Below are positions 12,998 to 63,936 of a stretch of DNA of 63,936 nucleotides, one piece after another. The stretch comes from Octopus bimaculoides (Eukaryota). Where the stretch lies: assembly GCF_001194135.2 (NCBI RefSeq), contig NC_068987.1:12410992-12474927 (forward strand). Reading direction: 5' to 3'. The notes below the pieces were generated by a model that was not told where the DNA came from, did not search any database, and saw nothing but the letters and a program-made list of their open reading frames with translations. Every line of letters begins with the position of its first letter. Positions within the stretch are counted from its first letter, which is position 1. Made by a program: the position numbers and the translations under genes.

Positions 12998-13998
12998 TAT
13001 ATTTTGGTGAACATAAACAAACATTAACTGTTTTCAGAAAAAAGGGAAGTGGAATATAGAAAAACAGCAATCAATGAGTCTGTTTAGAGGCTTTATCAAT
13101 TATGATTGTTTCCAGATATAATAAAGATTTTTTGCAAGCAGCTTGTAGATGCTAGTGCTACCAGTTGAAAGCTCTGCATACCAGATGCTAGCAGTTTTAG
13201 GGGGTCGTCAGGAGAAAATGTGCTCTGTTTCGGGGCCTACCTCTTGACTGCATCATTGTGCATGTGCCCCACTCACTGAAATGAGGCCCCGTTTGCTAGA
13301 TCAAACTACTCAACATTATTATCACTGCAATCACCTCCACCACCAGCACCACCACCACCACCACCACCAGCACCACCATTACCAGCAACAGCAGCACCAA
13401 AACCACCAGTACCACCATCACTACATAAACAACATCTAATAAAAAATATAACAGCAACAACAGCAACAACAACAACAGCAACAATTATAATAATAGATAT
13501 ATGTCCCAAAATAATTGCCTTCCCTGATACCTGAAAGATAATGAGTAGTTCTTGAGAATCTATCCCCACAAGAAGCAATTATACACGCAAATAGGAAAAG
13601 TATTCTAAGAGCTGATTACTATAAGCAAAGGGGTCGTAGTGAAATTAAATAGTAAATAGCATTGTTTTAGAGACATTAGATAGCATTTTTGATGACATAG
13701 GATACCAATTTTAGATGAACTGATATTACTATTTCCTGCAACAAAGAATCTAATCAGTCTTATAAAGTTAACATGTTCGCAATGACCCAAACTTTCAGAG
13801 AGTATGCGCTTGTGTCCACTCATGGGTGTGCATATTAATGTGCATGTTAATGTGGTTTTGTACATACATATATATATGTATGTGTGTGTATGTGTGTGTG
13901 TGTGTGCATATATGTATGAATATGTGTATGTACGTATCTATGTATGTGTATGCATGTATATATTTATATATATGTGTGTATACATCTATATGAATATA

Positions 13999-14048
<50 letters not shown>

Positions 14049-14095
14049 TAATATATATATATGTATATATATATGTATATGTATATATATATATA

Positions 14096-14196
<101 letters not shown>

Positions 14197-14235
14197 CTGC
14201 ATACATATACCTACATACATAATATAACTTCATAC

Positions 14236-14268
<33 letters not shown>

Positions 14269-15410
14269 TACACACACATACACACACACACACATATACA
14301 TACATACATACATACGCATACAAACACATTCACACATACATACATATATACATACATGCATGGAAATATGCAATATATAATTATGCCTGCAAGTTTCCTT
14401 CTTAGCCATACACACTTTGGTTGTCATGGAAGACTCAACAGACTGCCATACAAATTATTTCTGATTGGCAAACTAAAGTGTGCCAGGCCAGGCCAGGCCA
14501 GGCTAGACTTATTTGAGGTTATGCATGTCTTTCTTTTTTCATGCTCTCTAACCATTCAAGCATGAAATCTATGGAGATGGACATAGTTTTGATAGATAAA
14601 AGTCACCAGCCAAAGACAGAATTTTTTTAGTTGTGCTTCAGCAATTTGGAGATCAGTTTCAGGACGCCTGAATCTATAAACACTGGAACATTGTAAAAAT
14701 TTCGTTTATAGGAATTCCAACAAAATGAATGTAGGTAAAAAAAAAAATGATGTTATTACTTTGTAAAATTGTTTTATAATTATTTTTTTTATCCTATATT
14801 TATCTATTATCTCTTGTCATTTTGCATTTAATTTTACACCTTTTTTTTGTGTTATTCTACAAGAAATTTTGGCACCTGTTTGATCATAATAGCAATGCTT
14901 CAACTCATCCATCAATCAATGATGGTCTTCATTATATCAGTAGTTTTGTTTTAAATCCTCATTGTTTTAACACATCTTTAAAGTTACTACCTGTCTTCAT
15001 TGAGGTATACTACTTATTTAGGTAATTTAACGATACAGGAAAATGCATTTAACAGGAAGTCAATAAAACAATATCATTTTTCTTGTAATTCAACCCTCAG
15101 AAAAATGTAGATCTTTTATAAAAACACCTCAAAATTCAAGGAGAAACATGAAATTTATTAATATATTTCTGTACTTACTAATTATCATAAAAATACTTAA
15201 TTTACTGCTGCTCCTTCTGTATGTCCTGATTATTTTCCAAACTTCCCATGATATTAGTAAACATTTTTAACCACATATTTTTTGTTAATGAATACGAATT
15301 GTAAAGTTATACAAACATAGCAATTAAAAAACACTTTAAGATATTGGGAGTTATTTAAAAAATTCCACTTTGTAAATAGACATGTTTACATGAGTTACTC
15401 TTCTTCTTCA

Positions 15411-15468
<58 letters not shown>

Positions 15469-15677
15469 CTTATCTATCTGTCTATCTGTATGCATGTGTG
15501 TATGTATGTATGTATGCATGTATGTATGCATGTATGTATGTATGTGCTATACATGTATATTATATGTCTTTGTACATGCATATACATATATATATCTATC
15601 TCTCACTCTATATATATATATGTATACATATGTATATATATGTAAATATATATATACACACATACATACACATATAA

Positions 15678-15748
<71 letters not shown>

Positions 15749-15766
15749 TATATGTATATATGTACG

Positions 15767-15800
<34 letters not shown>

Positions 15801-16136
15801 TGTATGTATGTATACGTTCGTATATACATAACAAGAAAGATTGCTGGTGTTCTCTGTAGCTGTGTGTGCTAGATGACAAAAGAGCGTGACAAGTGGCAAA
15901 TTGCTGACTCGTTCAACCAATTCCAGATGGGAAAAGGGGCATACAGTGATATCCGTGTGCTTATGTATGCATCTTACACATACACACACACACACACACA
16001 TATATGTATATGTATAGAGAGAGTCAATGGGTTGTATTGCAAATATTTCAGCTTTCAAAATAACTTTATGAACAAGCTAAAATGATTGGATAAAGTGATT
16101 TAACTGTGTATCTTACATTTTGCATCCTGTATCTTA

Positions 16137-16365
16137 TACTTGTTTCACTCATGGAACAGTGGCCATGTTGGGGCACCACTTTGAAGGGCTTAATTGAACA
16201 AATAGGTCTCAGTACATTTTTTTTAGGTTTGGTACTTATCCGAGTGAAGTCTTTTACCAAGACAGATCATGGAAATATAAGCAAAACAAAACCTGGTTGT
16301 CAGTTTGGTGGAGAGACAAACACAAAGAAGCACAGACAAATACATACACACACACACACACACAT

Positions 16366-16461
<96 letters not shown>

Positions 16462-16600
16462 CGGGCTTCTTTTCAGTTTCTGTCTACCAAATCCACTCAC
16501 AGGGCTTTGGTTGGCCCAAGGTGCCACGCAGTGGGACTGAACCCGGAACCATGTGGTTCGCAAGCAAGCTACTTACCACACAGCCACTCCTACACCTATG
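16137..16600 (-). mobile_element. SINE family A
   Basis: Ends acttaccacacagccactcctacacctatg; (CA)n(TA)n core. Confidence 0.8.
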
Positions 16601-16776
16601 TGTATATATATATATGTATATATATGGAGCCTGGTGTTGCCATCCGGTTTCACCAGTCCTCAGTCAAATCGTCCAACCCATGCTAGCATGGAAAGCGGAC
16701 GTTAAACGATGATGATGATGATGATGATGATATACATATATAGACAGATAGATAGATAGATAGATAGATAGATATA

Positions 16777-17108
16777 CCATATTTAATGACCTATAGGTTG
16801 CACCTTTTTCTACCCAAAATGGCTTAAAATTCCCCCTGTGTCCAATGCACTCAATGTAGGCTCAAAACTCGCTCAAAACGGTATGTACATTTACAAAATG
16901 TGTGCTGCCATCTATTGGTGAACAATCGGCTACGGTATGTTTATATTGAATATGGATGCAATAAATTGCTTATAATTACCAGTAATAACATTAAGTTATA
17001 CAGGTAAGTGGAGGAACTAAAGCATTATTTTAGTGGTAATTTATTTTAAAAAAGTATAGCTTAGGATAGTCTTATGCACTCGTGCATCTTATAGGCCATC
17101 AAATACGG
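16777..17108. mobile_element. pogo/Tigger-like MITE, related TIRs
   Basis: TA|ccatatttaatgacctataggttgcac...gtgcatcttataggccatcaaatacgg|TA. Confidence 0.75.
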
Positions 17109-17120
17109 TATATATATATG

Positions 17121-17200
<80 letters not shown>

Positions 17201-18189
17201 TGTATGTATGTACGTACACACACACGACAGTCTCCTTTCAGTTTCCATCTACCAAATCCACCCAGTAGGCTTTAGTGGAGATATTTGCCCAAGGTGCCAT
17301 ATAATAGAACAACCTGAGATCTTGTAGTTATGAAGCACTCTTCTCACAGCAATAGCCATGCCTACACTTATTGGTATAAAACTCTTATCCTTAGAATTGC
17401 TGCATGTTTAAATGGGGAAAAAAAAGTTACCATCTCCAAGTATGACAATATGTTTCAATACACATTTTGACATAAAGAATCTTCTACACACAAAAAAAAA
17501 AACAGGTAAATGTAACTCTTTTTCTTTTGCCTTGACTCTCGTATCACATGAGCATACTTCATCACTTACAAAAGATAGTTTCTTCTTATGAATAGGAAAA
17601 ATATTTGTCTTGTTGTGTTCCGTTTTCCTTTCAGTTTGTTTAGGAAAATTTCAAAACAACCTCATAACATTGTTTACAGGACTGTCATTTTTATTCCCAC
17701 AAAATGGCCATAACTCTTTTCTGGTCTTGTAAAACTAAATCTCTATGAAAACCTCCTGGGGATTACTTCAGCATTCTTTTCATGCCTATATTTTTGTATG
17801 GATTGTGAAACTAATAGAAGGACAGTCTGATACAATGTAAGATATAGGCGTTTTTTTTATTTTAGCATCTTTATCATTTTTATTTCATTTTACTTTTCTA
17901 CTTTTGTTCTTTTAGCATTCTAAAATGTATGTCCTTTTATTCTTATGCATTGAATCCATTGCTGTAAAAGAATATGCTTGCCATAAAATGGTCAAAGCTC
18001 TTTTCTGATCTTGTAAAACCAAATCTCTTACAAAACCCCTGGTGGATTATTTCAGCACTCTTATCATGCTTATATTTTTCTATTCATTGTGAAACTAATG
18101 TAAGCTATAAACATTTTTTATTTTGGTCTCTTTATTACTTGAATTTCATTTTCTTTTCTATTCTTTTTTCCTTTTTGTAGCGTTCCAAA

Positions 18190-58403
<40,214 letters not shown>

Positions 58404-58874
58404 GTTCCGGTCAAATTCCACTGCTAAATTTTATTGTCCCCTTTTTAGACCCTCATTACAGTGCCAGATTAAGCTGGCACAGGGCCTTTAGCATATGTTA
58501 CGGGATACACAAATCAGTTGCCATTGTTTCGTGAGATGTGCATTCCATCAAGGAGTTAAATATATGAATATTTTTATGGATCCAACAGCATATTTGAATG
58601 GAGTGAGATGATCGAATATGGCTGTTTGGACACACATGATTTGATGTGACTGACTGTATTAAAGTATTCAAGGCTAATCACAAAACACTAAGCCTTATGA
58701 AGGAGACGACAGAGGACTGAGATATGTGACACGTTGCTGTACTTGAGGAGACCTGCCAACCTCAAAAGCTAAGATGCCATGTAAGAAGTGTAAGAACTGG
58801 TGTTGTTGTTAGTGCTGGTGCTACATAAAAAACGCTGGTGGTGGAGCCATATAAAAAGCACCCAGTATACTCTA

Positions 58875-59286
58875 TAAAACTGATATGAACATCATCCAGA
58901 GCCAGTCACTGAGGGGGAAGATGTTACCATCCTATGGGATTATAAGATACATACAGACAGGGAAATAAATACTAACTGACCAGACATCATCATCAAAGGC
59001 CTAAGACAAAAAACATACCTGTTAATTGATATGACAGTGCCTTCTGATAAGAATATCTTTATTCTTTTACTTGTTTCAGTCATTTGACTGTGGCCATGCT
59101 GGAGCACTGCTTTTAGTCGAGCAAATCGACCCCAGGACTTATTCTTTGTAAGCCTAGTACTTATTCTATTCTATCAGTCTCTTTTGCCGAACCGCTAAGT
59201 TACGGGGCACGTAAACACACCAGCATCAGTTGTCAAGCGATGCTGGGGGAACAAACACAGACACACAAACATATACACACACATAC

Positions 59287-59336
<50 letters not shown>

Positions 59337-59810
59337 GATGGGCTTCTTTCAGTTTCCGTCTACCAAATCTACTCACAAGGCTTTGGTCAGCCTGAGGCTA
59401 TAGTAGAAGACACTTGCCCAAGGTGCCACGCAGTGGGACTGAACCCGGAACCATGTGGTTCGTAAGCAAGCTACTTACCAGCAAAGGAATTTGAAAAAAA
59501 CTCAAAATATAAAGACTTTGAGATTGAAATATCTAGGACGTGGCAATTAAAGGCCACAACCATCCATGTTGTTGTAGGTACCCTAGAAAGGATCAAGAAA
59601 GGCAAATTTTTTGACTAGATCCTTGCGAAACCAACAATCTATGAGACTTTAAAATTTGTGTCGACATCAACCGCTCACATTCCCAGAAAGTTTCTCTTCT
59701 TCTAACATATACGTGCCTTAGGTGTCTGGTTGAGACCTGGCCAGAAGATGAAATAAAATGCAAATCAACCAGAAAATTATAATAATTGCCTGCTTTCCGA
59801 GAGTCTTTCA
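58875..59810 (+). mobile_element. R4/Dong-like RLE retrotransposon 3' fragment interrupted by a SINE
   Basis: YEHHPEPV..VTILWDYKIHTDREI..PDIII..LIDMTVPSDKNI | SINE 59057-59480 | KEFEKNSKYKDFEIEISRTWQLK, then an (AAT)n tail. Confidence 0.82.
59057..59480 (-). mobile_element. SINE family A inserted in an RLE LINE
   Basis: Reverse copy that splits the LINE reading frame. Confidence 0.85.
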
Positions 59811-59833
59811 GAATAACAACAACAACAATAATA

Positions 59834-59886
<53 letters not shown>

Positions 59887-60914
59887 CCTTTCTCCTAAAG
59901 GCACAAGGCCTTAAATTTTGGGGGAGGGGCCAGTTGATTGTATCAACCCCAGTATGTAACTGGTACTTATTTCATTGACTCTGAAAGGATGAAAAGCAAA
60001 GTCGACCTTGGTGGAATTTGAACTCAGAACACAGAGACAGAAGAAATGTCACTGAGCATTGTGTCCGGCATGCTAATGATTCTGCCAGCTCACCACCTTA
60101 ATTTCATCAGCCCCAGAGGGATGAAAGGTAAAGTTGACCATGATGGGATTTGAACTCAGAGCCTAAGGAAATGGAAGAAATACTACTAGGCTGTTATTCT
60201 GACATGCTAAGGATTCTGCCAGCTCATGGTAAATAGAAATTTCACTCAAATTACATTTACATCATTAAAATGTCAAAAGATGAAGACTCACACACAGTGG
60301 TTGTGAGTTGAAGATGTCAGTCTGCAGTTTAAAGGGTTCTTCAGTTCAAACTTTATTTCGACCAATGAAAAGGCAAAGCAGAACTGTGTATTTTTGAACA
60401 GGACGCATTATTCAATTTGTCATGGTGTTCATAACAGACGAAACAGGTTGCATTACTACTGTTAGCTGAAGGAAGGGCAACATGCTGGGAAAATAATCAC
60501 TGTATCTGCAAAAAACATTCCATGAAAGCAAGGAAAACCAGATATAAAAACAGCAAAAAAGAAAACACGAAAATAAGAAAGAAGGTAATTTACGTCAGCA
60601 ACCTATATAGAAAAAACAAGACAAAATGTTATGTTATGATTTTCAACAGAGAGGAAACATTATTAAAAAATGTGAAACATTCTAATTGTACTTAACAGCC
60701 AGGAGAGGTTTGTTAAATCTTTTAAAGAAAGTTTCTATAATTTTTCTACGTAAACATTCATTATTTTGAAAGAAAATTAACTCATTGTTTTCTGAAATTT
60801 GGAAAACATCAAAGGACTTTCCTCAATGTAAAAAACAGACTTCGAAGAGAAACCATCTCCCATTTGAATGTTGTAAAAACTTTAATAATAACAATAATAA
60901 TAATAATAATAATA

Positions 60915-60970
<56 letters not shown>

Positions 60971-61019
60971 AGTCATAGTAATAGTAATAATAAACCATCA
61001 AAGCTAATAAACTGGATAT

Positions 61020-61550
61020 TGTTGTGAAAGACCAAAACAATAAAGTTTGTTTAGTGACCGACATGAGTATTCCTTGTGATCTTTCCAGTCTTTGACTTTT
61101 AGACAGACAAGGTATTAGAGTACCAAAGGCCGGGTTTAGTAACCTTTAGGAGGGACAATCAAGAGTACATAATAATTGACATGGCAGTATCAGATCAACA
61201 TATCATGAAAGAAAGAGAAAAAGTTGATAAATATGGAGACCTGAGAATTGAGATTGCTAAGATGTGGCAGCTACGAGAGTCAAATATAAAGGTTATTCCT
61301 ATTGTCATCGGAGCATTGGGTTCAATATCACCCAATCTGAAAAAAACATCTGAAAACATTAGAAATACCCTACAGTCTAGGCGTATTGCAAAAAGTCAGC
61401 ATTTCTTAGAACTGCACGCATATTGCATAAAGTACTGTGTCTGAGGTCCTTGTTGTGACTTGTCAAATATTACAAACCCCCAGTAGACACAATATCTTCA
61501 ATCAGCAACCTCACGGTATTGTATACTGTGTGCCAGTTTGAATATAAAGC
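61020..61550 (+). mobile_element. R4/Dong-like RLE retrotransposon 3' fragment
   Basis: IIDMAVSDQHIMKEREKVDKYGDLRIEIAKMWQL..VIPIVIGALGSI; its 3'UTR is shared with 51190-51295. Confidence 0.82.
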
Positions 61551-61925
61551 ATGTAGAATATCTGGGGCCAGATATGGCCGGTTTAAACACTAAAGTGTTT
61601 TAAAAAATACAGCTTCGAACTAAGTTATGTTGGATAATCACTAAAATGGAAATTATAGATATTTTTTGTATGTTAATTGTTTCAGTTATTTAATTGTAGC
61701 CATGCTGGAGCACCACCTTGAAGGGTTTTAACTCCAGGACCTATTTTTTAAATAGCCTGGTACTTTTTGTATTATACTCTTTCACCAAAAAACTAAGTTT
61801 TGGGGACGTAAGCAAACTGATGTTGGTTGTCAAGCGTTTGAGGTGGGGACAAACAGAGACACAAAGATACATATATACACATCACACGCACACATACACA
61901 CGCACACACATATAAGACAAGAAGA

Positions 61926-62560
61926 ATAGGTGCAGGAGTGGCTGTGTGGTAAGTAGCTTGCTTACCAACCACATGGTTCTGGGTTCAGTCCCACTGCATG
62001 GCACCTTGGGCAAGAGTCTTCTACTATAGCCTCGGGCTGACCAAAGCCTTGTGAGTGGATTTGGTAGACGGAAACTGAAAGAAGCCCGTCATATATATGT
62101 NNNNNNNNNNNNNNNNNNNNNNNNNNNNNNNNNNNNNNNNNNNNNNNNNNNNNNNNNNNNNNNNNNNNNNNNNNNNNNNNNNNNNNNNNNNNNNNNNNNN
62201 NNNNNNNNNNNNNNNNNNNNNNNNNNNNNNNNNNNNNNNNNNNNNNNNNNNNNNNNNNNNNNNNNNNNNNNNNNNNNNNNNNNNNNNNNNNNNNNNNNNN
62301 NNNNNNNNNNNNNNNNNNNNNNNNNNNNNNNNNNTATGTATGTGTGTTTGTGTGTCTGTGCTTGTCCACCACCATCACTTGACAACCGATGCTGGTGTGT
62401 TTACGTCCCCATAACTTAGTGGTTTGGCAAAAAGAGACCAATAGAATAAGTACTAAGCTTACAAAGAATAAGTCCTGGGGGTCGATTTTCTCAACTAAGG
62501 GCGGTGCTCCAGCATGGCCACAGTCAAATGACTGAAACAAGTAAAAGAGTAAAAGAGTAA
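61926..62560 (+). mobile_element. SINE family A (with an adjacent inverted partial copy at about 61675-61915)
   Basis: Full head and tail; N-gap in the core. Confidence 0.85.
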
Positions 62561-63936
62561 TAAATAAAATATTCTAAGCATATCTAGTAACATGCATATT
62601 AGATTATTGAAAAAGCAATTATAAAAAATGGGTTATTTTATATAGAAATATTTAAATGTTCTATATTTATGAGAACATTTCAATGTAAAATTACTTTTAC
62701 AATTTAATGATATTTATTTAGAAGTAATTATATGAAACATTTTCTCAATGCAAGGATCACATTTAAACGTACCAGTATCTTACAATGGACCACTTTAAAC
62801 TATAGTTAATGTTCTTGTTTTTTAAATCCCAACCACATTTACTAAGCTTCATAGAATTACATTTTCTTCTACACTTAGATGAATGAAAATGATTATGTAA
62901 TCTAGATTTTCAAATTGTAGTAGATGAGCCTATGTAATAGCACACACACTCACACACACATAATGGGCTTCTTCACAGTTTCTGTGTACCAAGTTGACAC
63001 AGAAGTTATTACTTGACCTGGGGCTGCAGGCAAAGGCATTTGTCCAAGATGTCACACTGTGAGACTGAACCTGAGACCACATAGTTGCAAAGTGGGTTTC
63101 GAAGCCACACATGCATACCTGCATTTATGGGGTCATGCCTACACCTATAACCATGTCTATATATTTATAAAAAGATAATTAGCTTCCCTGGCAGTGAATT
63201 GAAACCTTAATTGAACATGACAAGCAGGTGTACTTACCACTACACCACCAAAAGTAAGAGGAAAAACAAAAAGTAAATCTATCTTGATGAGGCTTTTATA
63301 TAAGTTAAAATGCTTGCAGCTGTGACTCCTTTCAAGTAAGAGATAAAGGAGAGATAAAATAGTTTCTAAAGAGAAGACATAACTAAGCCACACTACAACA
63401 AAGTAAGACATAAAACTGAAAGAAGATATACCAAATACATTTATAGTTTGAGTATAAGTGTGAATGCATGGATTTACATTAGTGTGTGTGTGCATACATA
63501 CGTCTTTTTTATTTGTATGTAAGTGTGTATTGTCTGGCATCACTTGTTTACTGGAGATGCAATTCGCAACAGCATCATTAAAAAGCTATTTACTTGTTAA
63601 TAGACAGAGGCATTGCTGTGTGGTTTAATAAGCTCACTTTGCAACCATGTGGTCTCAGGTTCATTCCCACTATGCAGCAGCTTGGGCAGCTGACTTCTAG
63701 AGCACTAGATTGATGAAACTGACCAATATGTTTGAGTGAATTTGGTTGATGAAGACTGTGTGGAAGCTTGTTATGTATGTGTACATATGTACATACACAT
63801 GTCATCATCAACATCAACATCGTTTAACGTCCGTTTTCCATGCTGGCATGGGTTGGACGGTTTGACTGGGGACTGCACCAGGAGGCTGCACCAGGCTCCA
63901 ATCTAGGTTTCTACAGCTGGATGCCCTTTCTAATGC

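Noticed and set aside
14631-14754. Splice-site-bounded segment ttttag|...tag|gtaaaa
   Set aside because: Stops in all frames and only moderate sites; cannot be supported even as a UTR exon.

Overview
AT-rich, microsatellite- and SINE-saturated animal genomic DNA with about 15 N-gaps; the repeat families and landscape suggest an octopod cephalopod (inference). The main gene is a 10-coding-exon, + strand soluble guanylate cyclase subunit (18190-58403, about 615 aa; H-NOX, HNOBA/PAS, coiled coil, class III cyclase) that I reconstructed by hand with consistent GT-AG sites and phases. It looks like the atypical, O2-binding Gyc-89D type: proximal His106, YxSxR and distal Tyr145 are present and the first metal-binding Asp is lost. 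Its last intron (27.5 kb, versus 0.2-2.5 kb for the others) holds a spliced antisense gene for a fibrinogen-related (FReD/FBG) protein: 3 firm exons (40480-40338, 38628-38510, 33719-32971), 1 candidate exon and a missing 5' end. The rest is four SINE-like families, RLE-, RTE-, CR1- and Penelope-type retroelement fragments (some with minimal hammerhead-ribozyme architecture), pogo/Tigger-like MITEs, five long inverted repeats, and a tandem duplication that copies the start of the cyclase coding exon. Nearly all long ORFs in the supplied track are microsatellite or N-gap artefacts. Repeat boundaries are approximate and family assignments are by eye, without database searches.
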